Origin: Schmidtea polychroa
Lineage: Eukaryota
Direction: 5' to 3'
DNA: 64,000 nt
Assembly: GCA_044892525.1 (NCBI GenBank)
Contig: CM097885.1
Coordinates: forward strand, 32,800,001 to 32,864,000
Part shown: piece by piece, positions 34,330-46,753 of the stretch
Layout of the letters: every line of letters begins with the position of its first letter
Numbering within the stretch: position 1 is the stretch's first letter
Position numbers and translations under genes: made by a program
The notes under the pieces: model-generated
What the model was told of the DNA's origin: nothing
The model's input: the letters and a program-made list of their open reading frames with translations, nothing else
Database searches by the model: none

Positions 34330-35395
34330 ATTAATTTTTTTTAAGAGTCAAAAAGTCATAACCCTAATATCCATGTATCATACAGGTATGAGATTGAACC
34401 CAGTTTCTCATAAGAAATATCTAAAATTTCAGCAAAGTACGTTCTTCTTAGTTCAATGACTCTTTTGAAGTTTCTTTCAATATGAATTAGGACCATACTT
34501 TTCTTTGTTTTCGTTTTCCAACTGTTGCTATTTTTGCTATTGTGTAAGAATAAACTGAATTTTCCCCATGTATCGGATCAAGTTATACGAGCAAAGCTTG
34601 ATAAAATACTGAAATGTTATGATGAATGTGTCAAGCGGGGAAGCTACGAACTCCTTGATGAAATTTTTGATATTACTAAAGTGGATGGAACATGGTTATC
34701 TTCCGAGGACAAGCGATTGTACCATCTCCAAGTGGAAAGCAAAGAAACAGTGGGATACTCTACAAGCCAAGCGGCCAGTAAAAAAAACGATCCATCCCTC
34801 TAAAATACAAAAACTTTCTAATGAGTCATCCAACTCATCATCTTAATATCCTGGTTTTAGTGATTCTGACTCTAAGGTTGACGACAGTGAATATGAGAAC
34901 AATGAAGAAGAAGATGAGACAACTCCTACACCAAGCATAAAACATCATAAAAGCAAAATTGCAGTCAGCATGGTGACCTCCACAAGAGTATCAACAAACA
35001 AACAAAGCAACTAACATATGCAAGCAATTTCCCACTACAGATACTAAAGATACCCAGAAGTAATCAATGCGCAGAGCGCGCTATCAAAGTAATGGGGGAA
35101 ATTTATTCATCATGCAAAAATAAAGACAAATTGCACCTTTCATTCCTTCTGTGCAACAAGCAAGGTCAACCGTCTGAGTCATTGTTGGATTGAAAATTTA
35201 TTGTATTACATGACTATGACATTCTAAATACATTTGAATACATAGTAACACTTATGTCAAAATCGATTTTTCAATGGCGAGGTGAACATTTTTGAAAAGA
35301 TTTGCAAATAATAGTTCATTTCGTGCTTTTTAGGTAAAAGTTCATCAAACTACAGTACAGGAGCATGGGGTTGATAAAAAGTCATAACCCCAATG
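34330..35395 (+). mobile_element. Degenerate DNA-transposon fragment
   Basis: Transposase-like remnant KLNFPHVSDQVIRAKL...IFDI...EDKRLY; related AAAAAGTCATAACCC ends at ~34350 and ~35377. Confidence 0.35.
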
Positions 35396-36213
35396 GATAT
35401 TCTCTAAATACACTAAATATTCAAAAACACAGAAAATTGTTAATTAATTAATCAAAAAAATTTAAACTAGGTAAACAAAGAAAATGAGTTATTTTTGTGT
35501 ATATTTTGGAATTCTGGCATTTTAAACGATTTTATGTATCCTTGTGGATAATTTTAACACAAAACAATATATGTTATATTTTTATTAAATATTTAAACAA
35601 AAATACATTTAAAAATCTAAAGTTAAGTGGTATGTTTCTCTAAATCATTAAAAATTAAGATTTTGTATTTTTAACAAAAATAAAGCATTTATTTTATAAA
35701 ATATTTTTAAAAATTAGTGGTTTATTTCGCTGTTTGCTTTATTATAGAAATTGTGTGTGCTGTGTTTGTATGTTTCATTTATTTTTTTTACCTATAATTA
35801 TTAAGTAAATTGGTGTACTTCATATTATATAAATGCTCCATATAAATAAATTAAATTATCTTTTAGGATAAAATAAAATAGAGATAAAAAATGATTAATA
35901 TATTTATTTGTGAATTACGAGAAAAAATAATAAGGCGAAATTAGTAAACATTAAAATGACAATATTTAGCATGATCTTATTGATTTATTAAGGAAAATAA
36001 TTTATAAAAAGTCTAATAAATTATACAATGAACGTTTTTCTAAATCTATTAATTTCCTTTGATTATTTAAGAATTAATTAAATATTCTTGACAATATAAA
36101 AGAAATTACATAAGATGAATTAAGGTTTTTTCACTAACAAGTCTAAACGTCATTAGCAACGTTTAATCTTTATGATAGGAAAATAATTTTAGAAAGAAAT
36201 GTTTTAAACTTAC

Positions 36214-36369
36214 TTCATCGAACTCTATAAAGTTACCGATATTTTTCTTTTTATCTTTAAGTGCTGAAAACAACACAGAAAAATTTAATTTCATTTCTTC
36301 TATTTCTTCAATTGAATGGTTTTTTTCGTTTTGCATATTTATTTGAATGTCGTTTAAAAGATTAAGAAT
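36214..36369 (-). CDS. Host exon of the WS/DGAT-like gene (C-terminal)
   Basis: CAG acceptor at 36370, GTAAGT donor at 36213, 52 open codons after a 53-bp intron. Confidence 0.55.
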
Positions 36370-36422
36370 CTGATTTAAAATATTCATTAATTTTAAAATG
36401 TATCTTTTTTTGTTTAAATTAC

Positions 36423-36551
36423 TTGATTTTCTGTTAAACTCGAAGTTGGGAAACTTTGATCAACACCAAATTTAATATTTTTTAAATTGATAGAGTTGGA
36501 CTTTTCGCCTGGAACCTTTCGGTTTTCTAACAATTTTGAAAGTTGTGCCAC
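36423..36551 (-). CDS. Host exon of the WS/DGAT-like gene (VAQLSKLLENRKVPGEK...)
   Basis: TTTAG acceptor, GTAAT donor, 43 codons, phase-compatible with exon 40829-41758. Confidence 0.6.
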
Positions 36552-38488
36552 CTAAAGTTATTGATTTCTTTAAAAGATAATTTTAAAAATATTTTTAAAA
36601 AAACTCTTAAATAAATAAATACAATTAGTTTCTTGAATTAAATTAAATTCAACGACGTTTGTATATTTGTGAATAAATTAAATGAAAATTAATTAATATT
36701 ATTCTGAATTTATAATTAACAAAATGTACGTGAAGAATCAAGATATTTAAAGTTATCTTGACGTTGTCATTCAAAAAAAGAGCTTGAAACTTAATTAAGT
36801 TATTGTTTATTTGTTTAAATCATAAAAAAGTAAATTTAGATTACCCATTTACACAAATTTAGGACAAAAGCATTACAATATTTGTATTTTTATTAAAGTA
36901 ATACTAATTATGGAAGTGTCATTAATTATGCTTTCGAAAGTCTTTCGTTCGAGGTTGATTATTTCACATCCATTCTATCCGTAAAAAAGAGATACGAAAA
37001 AGTACGAGGATTTCTTTTATTCCGAGTTAATTAGCCAAGCATTCTACGAGTAAAGGCACAAAATTAATAAGGGATAAAGCCATTATATCGTTTGGTTTTT
37101 TTAAATAAAAGTATAAAAATTTTAAAAAATTAATTGGTTATAAAATTAAAATAAGATATTTCAGGATTTTTGATAATAAAATTTTTACAATAAATTATGA
37201 AGATTATAAATTATAAATAAGTTAACTATCAGTAAAAAATAATTATTAAATAAATGGTATTAATTAAATGTTAATTTAAATCTGTTTAAAGAATGCACAA
37301 AAATGATTAATAAAGAAATTGGTTTTATTACCGACAAATTAGTTGAGTTGTTTTAACTTTCTGTCACGGGCAACGTAGGGATCGTGTCTTAATTATTTCA
37401 TTCAATTTGACAGGCTACACTGCTTTTTTATTGTTTAAATGTAATAATAACGTTTACCTTAAATTTTGCAATTATTGTCAAAAAAATAACAATTTTTATC
37501 GTAAATTTTGTTTGGTTGCATATATTCCCGAGATACAAAACCCTACCAAATATTAATAAATAGCGATTAAAAATATCCCACGGTTGGAAGATTGACGAGT
37601 TGATTTATATTTGAAAATTATATAATTAATTAATGATTCTTATTGTCTTTATACAGAAATATTTTTCGTAAAATTCTCTTTTACACGCTATGCTACATTA
37701 ATAATACGTGTGTTACGGATTGTCAGTTCACAAGACTGGATGTTGCGTATATCACAATCCTTAACTTCACAAGACTTCTGCTTTTGATAACTGTACCATT
37801 TAGACCTGAAACGGCCAAACCCGCGGCCCACGAGATTCATCACACTTTTACAAAATATATTTATTTTATAATGGTCGGGGTAATTTAAACATTCTAATTA
37901 TATCAATAAACAAACATTTTTCATTGTATTGCCGATAATATGAAGTAAACAAAAGTTATAATAAATTTTAGGCAATTATATCACAACTAGTTATTACTAA
38001 TAAGACTTTTCTTACTTCCATCACCCCTGTTAATTCTACACATTAATTTATGAAACAGTAAATATAAAATTTTTCTTTGTTGATTGAGAACAGAAACTTT
38101 AATATTAATTTATTTAGGGCTATTCTCAACAATGTTTTGCTCTGTTATGCCATATGCTTATTTATTTTGGAAATTTAAGCATTTTCAAAGTTAACTTAAA
38201 ATTAATAAGATGTTTAGAAAAATTAATTTATTGTCCATTTGTCTTGTTATTTTTATTATTTTTGGAAATGAATTTGTTTGGTTAAATCAAAAGATTTTTG
38301 TTTATCCAAATCTTTGATTTCAAACTGAATCTGAAATAACAAGAATTAAAATTTGCCCAGATAATCTAATTAATAAAACAAGAAATTATTTATATGTTGT
38401 TCGCAAAATGTTGAATTTCTCATTAAAATTATTTATGATTGAATAAATGCTTAAAATTATTTTTACTACTACTATTACTACTACTTAT

Positions 38489-38640
<152 letters not shown>

Positions 38641-38744
38641 TTTATTAATATCAAATTTGCTAAAAATCTATCTGAAATTCAAAATGTTAAAGTAATGGGT
38701 TACAGTATAGCTGCTATGGCTTACAGTATTCTTTTATTGTTTTG

Positions 38745-38940
38745 CAGGACCCACTGATCAATGGAAGGTGTTAATGCCACCACTGCACATTAATTTTGGT
38801 TTCATGAAGCAATTTGTCACAGCTCTGGATAAAGAGTTAGTAGCATTCAGATACCTTTAAGACTTCTTCCTTAAGCTGTCTGGGGCAAAGGTTAAAGCTG
38901 GTGACTTCATTGGAGTGCAGATCAAGGGAATCATACAATT
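38745..38940 (+). pseudogene. DNA transposase fragment (probably Chapaev3-like)
   Basis: VLMPPLHINFGFMKQFVTALDKE...KLSGAKVKAG.FIG.QIK resembles the PPLHIKLGLMKQFVKAL motif. Confidence 0.5.
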
Positions 38941-38999
38941 ATAAGAAAGCACCACTCGAACATTTGTTCTACTTTTGAAAATTCAGTAAAAATTTGATA

Positions 39000-39870
39000 A
39001 ATCGGTTGAGTTGTTAATGAAGAATGGTTATTTAAAATCATTTTTATTAATGATGATAAAAGCGACTGTTGATAAATGATTAAAAATCCAAACTGTTTGA
39101 GAATGTTTGGGTCTGACTTTAGTTGTGTGGGTGAGTTAAAAAAATTTAATAGTGAGTGTAAGAATGAGGAATCTAAATTTCTGTTGGTATTATCGTATTA
39201 GAAAAGTTTCACATATTATAAAAGAAAATAGTTGGAAAATTAGAATTATATAATCGTTTCTAATTCATGTAAAGTACGCAATATATTTATTATTAAGTCT
39301 AAAACTCTTTTTGAATTGTGTTCTACTCTCGTTTGTTAGTTTACATGTAATAGATGTAATGCGACATACATTGGAGAGATTTCCTGGCATCTCTCTATTG
39401 AGCTCGAGGACATTGTCTAATTTGGGAGCACAATAAGACCTGTATGTACAAAAATAGGTATGTCTGATTTTAAAATTTTATTAGAGTTTTAATAATTATT
39501 GGGAACATATAATTTATGAAGCTTTGTTGATAAAATCATTGGATCCAAAAATTGTTGTACAAAATTCTGTAAACATTGTGTTCTCAATGTTTATAAATAG
39601 TTTGGGATATAATTTTTGTGTAGGTAAATTTGTTGTTATTTTAAATGTATTAAATTATCAAGTTAAATAAATTTCAAATTTCAATTTTTATAAAAGTTGT
39701 CAAAAATAAAAATTAAATTATTATTAAATTATTTTAAAATCTTGAAATATATTTATTATAAATTGAAAAATGGTTTATTATTTATATTAAAATTAAAAAA
39801 TGTATAATATCTATATTTCTTTTATATTCTACCTGACGATGACAGGAACTGTCGAAATATATTGAAATGT
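39000..39870 (+). mobile_element. Penelope-like element 3' fragment
   Basis: KIGMSDFKIL...EALLIKSLDPKI (~39450-39560), homologous to 33800-33991; hammerhead downstream. Confidence 0.7.
39828..39868 (+). ncRNA. Minimal hammerhead ribozyme (cleavage-site side degenerate)
   Basis: UAC-CUGACGA-U-GACAG(GAA)CUGUC-GAAA-UAUAUU. Confidence 0.65.
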
Positions 39871-40828
39871 AAAACAAAAGTTTCAGTAACGATAAATGTT
39901 AGTAAATTGTTTAAAATATTTTTATCGCTTTCTTTATATTTTTCACACCCTGTCTCACATTTACTTTAATATCCAATCGACATTTTTGCAGCTGCAAATA
40001 AGCATTTTTTAAATTAAATTAAATATGTATGAACAAATAAATTAATTAAAATTTGACGCAAAAACAAATATATTTTATTTTTTTTGCGTTCGTAAACTAA
40101 ACAAATTAATTTATTGATCTGTTATAAAAATTAAATATTTGTTTGTTTACTATCTATATAATATTCCTGTAATATTCCTGCTCATTGAAAATATTTGATA
40201 TTTAATTGTAAATATAGAAAATAAGTCAATTAATTAAAATATTTTATTAGTTAAATTTAAAAAATATTTTTGAAATGAAAAGTACATTGTTTTTATAAAA
40301 GGTCTAAAAATGATTGTGCTTACAACTTACAACTTATACCCAAAAATATAGAAAAATTTTTGTTTTTCTAGCACAGGCATTCACAATCTTTTTTGAGTAA
40401 ATATTTTACTTTTTTTTCTTTTTTTTTTGAGAATTATTTGCTAAGAAAATATTTAGGGAGTTAATTGTAAAAAAGTCATAATAATTCATTCGAAAACTAC
40501 ATTCCACAGTAACAGGTTGCCAACTGTAATTATTAAGTAAATTATTGTTGTTTTATATGACCTTTTATTGGGGATAATTACATATATTATGTATTTCAAG
40601 TCAATAAAAATCATGCATCTGCATCCCGAATTAAAATCCCAAGATTCGTTAGTTTTGAGAAACAAACCTTTAAATTATGCATTTTGTTTCAATGGTAACT
40701 CGTGGGAAAAAAAACTTACATAATCTTTTGTTTTATTCATGAAAAAACATTTATTTTACCAAATATATTTCACATTTTGTTTTAATTTAGTTCAGAATTA
40801 CGCGGGAAAATTTTAACAAAAAGCTTAC

Positions 40829-41758
40829 CTGATACTTAATTGCGTCAACTAATAGTTGAAGATTTACAAATTTGGAATTTTGTCCTCGAATGCAAATCGT
40901 AAACTGATCATTGTAGGAAAAACATGCCATAGAAATTGATATTAATTCAAACAAGGGAAACCAAAATAAAAGATTTTTTGCTTTGTTTTCGTTGATCAAA
41001 ATCGGTTTCCATGTTCCACTTAAGGATGAAACCAAAATCTTAGATTTTCTATAATAGGATCTCATGAATCTTTCAGAAAGACTTGTTGAAAATAAAACGG
41101 AAATAAATTTCGGTAATAAATACAAAAATAAATAATCAGAAGACGATTTTAAAGCCTTCATTTTCTGTTTAAGTTGCCAGAGAATTGGAATCATTCCTTC
41201 CGTTGATAAAGGCAATTCGATGTCAAAATAGGTTAAGTCGTTTTTGATTTTTTGAATTCCATTTTTCCTTTGAGAATTATTACTCATGTCAACTGTTATG
41301 AAGCATGGATAGTTCTTGATGTTTACAGATTTTGTAATGATGTGATGATGGTGCTTAATTCCACTTGACAGAAGTGACAATGCGATTTCTCCAAATGTGG
41401 ATCTTGTGATGAGTTTCAATCGAGTTATTTCTGCCAAAGAAAAATGACAAAAGACAAATTGGTGGTCCTTAATATCAAGCTGAGAAGGAATTTCCGGTGG
41501 AGACTTATGATCGGAACTTACAAATAAACGATATTGTGTTTGTCTAAATGACCATGATTTGATGAAAATATAAAACGAATAGAAAAGTGCAGTGAATGTT
41601 TTGAAGCAAATTTTGTTTCTATAAGTATTTGTTCCCAGCTGAGACGGTTCTGGAATATCGTTGAATATTTCGGTAAGAATTTTCATTATACACATTCCAT
41701 CTGTGATGCTAGGATGGATTTTAAGAACTATTGTGGAATTCGGTTTGCACAATTGACA
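40829..41758 (-). CDS. Large host exon, wax-ester synthase/DGAT-like acyltransferase
   Basis: HHxxxDG-like KIHPSITDG; C-terminal ILVSSLSG...SISMACFSYNDQFTICI; TTTTAG acceptor and CAG/GTAAG donor. Confidence 0.7.
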
Positions 41759-41869
41759 CTAAAAGTACAAAATGATTGCAGAAATAAAGTTTACATTTGA
41801 AATAAAATAAAATTTAATTTATCTTTAATTCTAACTTTTTAACACTATAATGCCTAATGGCAAAAAATT

Positions 41870-42330
41870 ATTTTAATTAACCATCAATTTTACTAAATAT
41901 TTTTGTAACACATTCAGATAAAAAGTGCTCAATATACAATTTAGAGTTGTCACAAATTTCGAAAAAATACACACATTTACTATTGCTTATTTATTTATTT
42001 TATTAGTAAAATTTCAAAAATAATATTTACAAAATTTTCCACTAAAATTGTATTAAGTATACATAAAACCATCAAACTCGAAATTAAGTTTATACGCTAT
42101 AATGATTAATATCGAAAAAAATTTTAATTTAACCATCAATTGTACAAAATACTTTTGTAACACATCCAGCTGACAAGTGTCCAATGTCTATTGTCCAATG
42201 TCTATCTATTAGAGTTGTGTCAAAAACCCAGAAAAAATACACACATTTACTTTATTTATTTATAGTAATATTAATATTTACAAAAATATTCCACAACTAT
42301 AAAGTATATATTAAAACCATAAATAAATGA
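41870..42330. repeat. Imperfect ~250-bp tandem duplication left of the Maverick
   Basis: AACCATCAATT...TTGTAACACAT...AGAGTTGT...AAAAAATACACACATTTACT occurs twice. Confidence 0.65.
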
Positions 42331-42420
42331 AATATTTCCATTGGGCATGCGTCTGTCGTTTTAGGGTTAATTAATCAGCTAAGTAAAACTTTAAAAAATA
42401 AATCTTTTAGGGACTTCGTA

Positions 42421-43373
42421 AGTAGTGTGGTTATATACCCAACCAAAACAGCCCCCCAACAAAAACATGCCTCCAAATCACTTAAGCTATTAGAAAAACA
42501 ACATAAAACTTATACTTTTATAGTATTTTAACCCTATATTTTGAAAACAACCACCCTTAATGACTCTAACTGTTTTAATCTTTAAAGCCTCAAACTCAAA
42601 AGCTTCAAACTAAAAAGAGAATAGAAAAGAAAATGGCATTATGAAAAAGTTAGAGGGCTATTTGATCTTTATCAGATTATTGATTTTAAATTATATAAAT
42701 TAAAAAATAAATGAAAAATAGTAAAACTGCTCTGAGGGGACAGTGGTATTTTTTTTTTTTTTTTTTTTCACTGTCCCCTCAACAGTTTTTTTTGATCCGG
42801 ATCATTTTTTTTATTTATCAACCTCTTTCGTTTATCGAATCTCTTCCAATATACAAGCTGGCCAGACTCATACATCAGAATCAATCCGATAATAGCAGCA
42901 CACCTTATTATTCGCTTCTCGCTCGAATACGATTTCATCGGCGTTTTAAGTGTGCTGCTCGAAAGTACAAATGAATTCGAAAGCGAATTCGAAAGAGGTC
43001 CGAAAACAACTGAGAAATAAATGTGCACATTAAAGAATCGATCCGGGGGTGTTCGAAAGACAGGTGGCGATAATTACCGGTTCGCCACCATCACCCGTTT
43101 CAATATTTTTTTTTTCATATTTATGTTTAAAAAATAATTAATTAATAAAAAAATAAAATAAAATAAAATAAATAAAATAAAATATACAAGTACTTTATAA
43201 ATATAAGATACCCACACTATTTTCAATATTATTTTCAAATTTTTAATATTATTTTATGTTGAAAAAAAACTAACCTCAGATGTGATTTGAACCACTATCC
43301 ATTTGAACCACTGTGCCAGTCTATTCCCACTGCGCCATCAAGGTTTGAATTTTTGTCATTTTTTTAATTTTTA
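42421..43373 (+). repeat. Left TIR
   Basis: Reverse complement of 56122-57066. Confidence 0.92.
43262..43345 (-). ncRNA. Putative Pol III small RNA, copy 1
   Basis: A box TGGCGCAGTGG, B box GGTTCAAATC, terminal stem, T8. Confidence 0.6.
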
Positions 43374-43494
43374 ATTTATAAAAAAATAAAATAAAATAAA
43401 ATAAATAAAATAAAATATACAAGTACTTTATAAATATAAGATACCCACACTATTTTCAATATTATTTTCAAATTTTTAATATTATTTTATTGTG

Positions 43495-43578
43495 AAAAAA
43501 AACTAACCTCAGATGTGATTTGAACCACTATCCATTTGAACCACTGTGCCAGTCTATTCCCACTGCGCCATCAAGGTT
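43495..43578 (-). ncRNA. Putative Pol III small RNA, copy 2
   Basis: Same sequence as copy 1. Confidence 0.6.
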
Positions 43579-43722
43579 TGAATTTTTGTCATTTTTTTAA
43601 TTTTTAATTTATAAAAAAATAAAATAAAATAAATAAAATAAAATATACAAGTACTTTATAAATATAAGATACCCACACTATTTTCAATATTATTTTCAAA
43701 TTTTTAATATTATTTTATGTTG

Positions 43723-43805
43723 AAAAAAAACTAACCTCAGATGTGATTTGAACCGCTAGCATTTTGAACCACTGTGTCAGTCTAGCCCACTGCGCCATCA
43801 AGTTT
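43723..43805 (-). ncRNA. Putative Pol III small RNA, copy 3 (variant)
   Basis: A box, B box and T8 conserved; spacer substituted. Confidence 0.6.
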
Positions 43806-43824
43806 TGGATTTTTTGTCATTTTT

Positions 43825-44046
43825 TTAAATAATCGATTCAAGTTCTTTTATTCTTTCCTGTAATTGTTTTATTTTATCTAATCTTTTCTCAGCTACTTCT
43901 ACTGCATTCATGTAAAAATGTCGATACTTTTCATTCTCTACCACCAACTCTTTAATGTATTCTAATGGTTCTTCTTCTCTTCTTTTTATTCTCTTAAGTT
44001 TAACTTCATTCAATTCATTTCTCATTCTTTCAATAAAGTCAATCAT
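43825..44046 (-). CDS. Small coiled-coil Maverick protein
   Basis: 73-aa charged helical ORF with AAAATG start. Confidence 0.5.
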   Translation of the reverse strand: MIDFIERMRNELNEVKLKRIKRREEEPLEYIKELVVENEKYRHFYMNAVEVAEKRLDKIKQLQERIKELESII

Positions 44047-44139
44047 TTTTATAAATTATTTTTTTATTGAATTCCCTTTTATTTTTATTTTTATTTTTCA
44101 ACTTTTATTTTTATCAACTTTTATATATAAAAATAAATA

Positions 44140-45300
44140 ATATAAATCTTAAAATTCAAGAAAAAAATAAATTAAATCTTGATTATAATAAAGAATTTAC
44201 TCATGAAATTAAAAAAAATGATATTTTAAAAATCTCGCCAACTTCAGGATCTATTGCAAACTTAAATCGTAGGGGTGATATAGTTTTTCAATCTCTTCAA
44301 ACATCAAACCCTATAGATATTTGTAATGCCAAATTATATTATAAAATCGAATTAGAAATTGAAGCAAACAAAGATATAACCCTAGAAAATAATTTCTTTC
44401 CAAATTTATTCTCCAACATGAGATTAAAACTAGGATCATCAGAAATTGAAACTGTTTTGCATCCGGGAGTATATTCTACAATGTTAAATTTTATTTTGAC
44501 TGGTTGTGATTATAAAAACGAATATGGTGAATTAACAGGTTGTATTCCTGATGTTAATAAAGGGGATTTAGATAAAGATGGTTTAGATGTAAACCATGGT
44601 TACCATAAAAGAGCTGAACTTTATAAATCTAAAAAATTTGAAGGTTATTTTGAATTAAAACACTTGTTTGGATTCCTTCAAAATTATAACCGTGTACTTC
44701 ATAATGTTTTTATAGAATTAGTTTGTAATAGAGTAGAAGGTGATAAAAGATTGTTCTATGGAGCTGCAGATACAACAGCTAAATTAAAAATATCAACACT
44801 TGAATTGCATATACCTGAATGGACATTAAATCCACATTCCGAAATCAAACTCCTTGAAAGATTAAATTCCAACAAGTCTATAAACGTAAATTATTTAAAT
44901 AGAATCTGTAGTGAATTTAGTATGACAGAGGGTTCAACATATTCTATAAAGGTAGCAAATTTAGCATACCGACCAAGATATATCTTGATTGGATTCAAAG
45001 AAGTAGATTCATCTTTCCAAAAAAATAACAACTTGTTTATTCAAAAGATTGGAGTTGATAATTTAAAAACAATCCAAATTCAATTAAATAGTTCTTATTA
45101 TCCAATAAATAGAATGGAATTTAATATTGAAAATAATGAAAACATATTCCCATATCTAAATTATATTGAAACTTCATGTAACAAAGGATTCTAATTTTAA
45201 AGCTAAAGTATATACATTAATATTAGAAGAAAAGAAAATAGAAATGAAATTATATGGTGGAAAGATTTCAATTATTGAAAATGTTAGGGGAGATTCTTGA
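44140..45300 (+). pseudogene. Major capsid protein (double jelly roll, hexon-like), disrupted
   Basis: GSIANLNRRGDIVF, LENNFFPNLFSNMRLKLGSSEIE, LKHLFGF, RPRYILIGF, IQIQLNSSYYP. No ATG at the expected start; the C-terminus (KVYTLILEEK) is out of frame after ~45180. Confidence 0.75.
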
Positions 45301-45329
45301 TATAATCCCTGATATTTTAACATTTTAAA

Positions 45330-46742
45330 ATGTCTTTAAATAAACCCTATTGGAGATGTGAAACTTGTAATTGTCAAGTTACAAGACATCATAAAGCAAG
45401 TCATTTAAAAACTAAAAAACATACAGTAGGTGACCTAATTCCACGAGCTGGAGGCGATTTGCAATCTTCAAAAACAACATCTTCAATATTAAAACCTTTT
45501 ACTACAGAAAAATATCCAGGTGAAAGACATTTATTTAAACACAACTATACTGGACCAGGAACAAGATTAGATATTAGATTAGATGAAAATAATAATCCCA
45601 AACAAGGAGAAGAACCAATAAATAGAATTGATCAAGCAGCTTTAAAACATGACATTGCATACAATTCAACAAATCTTAGAGATAGACATGTTGCAGATGT
45701 GAATTTAATACATGATTTAAATAGTATCCAAAATCCATCAACCCAAGAAAAGATTCAAAGAGCTCTAGTTAAATTAGCAATGAAAGGTAAGATTTTCATA
45801 GGCTTAGGACACAGTCCGATCACCATGGGTGCAAGACTTCCTAGGAAAGCAAAAGATGTTGCTTATAAAAAGATTATCGAACAAGCAGAGATTGAAAGAT
45901 CCCTCGAGAGTACAGCCAAGACTAGTTTACAAACCCCAACAGAATCAGAAATAAAATATGCAAAGGAATTACACCATGAATTTAGAAAAAATAAAAAATA
46001 TTTAAAAGTTCAAGTACATGAAAAAGATCAAACATGGTCTGCAGATTTAGTCTTTATGCCCAAATCATCAGACCCTGAAAAATATAAAATAATTTTAACT
46101 GTAATAGATTTATATACAAGATTTGCTTTTGCAAGATGTTTAGAAAATAAAACAGGATATTCTATTACAGAAGCATTTGAAAATATATTTGAAGAAAATC
46201 AAAGAATCCCAAAATATTTATGGTGTGATAAAGGAACAGAATTTTATAACAAAGTTTTTACAAAGTTTTTAAATGAAAATGATATTAAATTATATTCAAC
46301 AGAAAACGAAGGAAAAGCAGTCGTAGTTGAAAGATTAAATAAAACATTAAAAAATAAAATGTGGAAATATTTTACTGCTATTGGAAAACAAAAATGGAAC
46401 AATGAATTGTTACAAAAGATTGTAAATGAATATAATAATGATGTACATAGTTCTATAAAATTAACACCTTTAAATGCTTCCATGAAGCCTGAAACCATTA
46501 AAGTGGTAAATATTGAAAATGATGTTATTGAAAAACCAAAGTTTAAAATTGGTGACCGAGTAAGAATATTTAAATATAAAAATAAATTTGAAAAAGGATT
46601 CACAGCAAAATGGACAAATGAAATTTTTATTATAAATAAAATACATTATACAACTCCAATAACATATAGCATCTTTGATTTAAATAATGAAAAAATATTA
46701 GGTAGATTTTATAATAATGAACTACAGAAAACATATTTTTAA
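45330..46742 (+). CDS. Zinc finger, parvovirus-type phospholipase A2 and retroviral-like integrase fusion
   Basis: CETC...HLKTKKH; NYTGPGT...DQAALKHDIAY; DDE in WSADL, WCDKGTEF, VVERLNKTLK; FKIGDRVRI...WTNEIF. Confidence 0.92.
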   Translation: MSLNKPYWRCETCNCQVTRHHKASHLKTKKHTVGDLIPRAGGDLQSSKTTSSILKPFTTEKYPGERHLFKHNYTGPGTRLDIRLDENNNPKQGEEPINRIDQAALKHDIAYNSTNLRDRHVADVNLIHDLNSIQNPSTQEKIQRALVKLAMKGKIFIGLGHSPITMGARLPRKAKDVAYKKIIEQAEIERSLESTAKTSLQTPTESEIKYAKELHHEFRKNKKYLKVQVHEKDQTWSADLVFMPKSSDPEKYKIILTVIDLYTRFAFARCLENKTGYSITEAFENIFEENQRIPKYLWCDKGTEFYNKVFTKFLNENDIKLYSTENEGKAVVVERLNKTLKNKMWKYFTAIGKQKWNNELLQKIVNEYNNDVHSSIKLTPLNASMKPETIKVVNIENDVIEKPKFKIGDRVRIFKYKNKFEKGFTAKWTNEIFIINKIHYTTPITYSIFDLNNEKILGRFYNNELQKTYF

Positions 46743-46753
46743 GTCGACAAGCC

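Larger units (their letters stand above)
43150..43826. repeat. Three tandem ~230-bp units at the inner edge of the left TIR
   Basis: TAACCTCAGATGTG recurs at 43271, 43504 and 43732 (periods 233 and 228). Confidence 0.92.

Noticed and set aside
37362..37890. Possible solo LTR (TG...CA), and similarly 28843-29028
   Set aside because: No convincing TSD or second copy in the window.
42711..43028. ORFs in the TIRs (also 56467-56727)
   Set aside because: No recognisable motifs; duplicated only because they lie in the TIRs.
43150..43826. CRISPR-like array
   Set aside because: Whole ~230-bp units are repeated with no unique spacers, there are no cas genes, and the context is eukaryotic.
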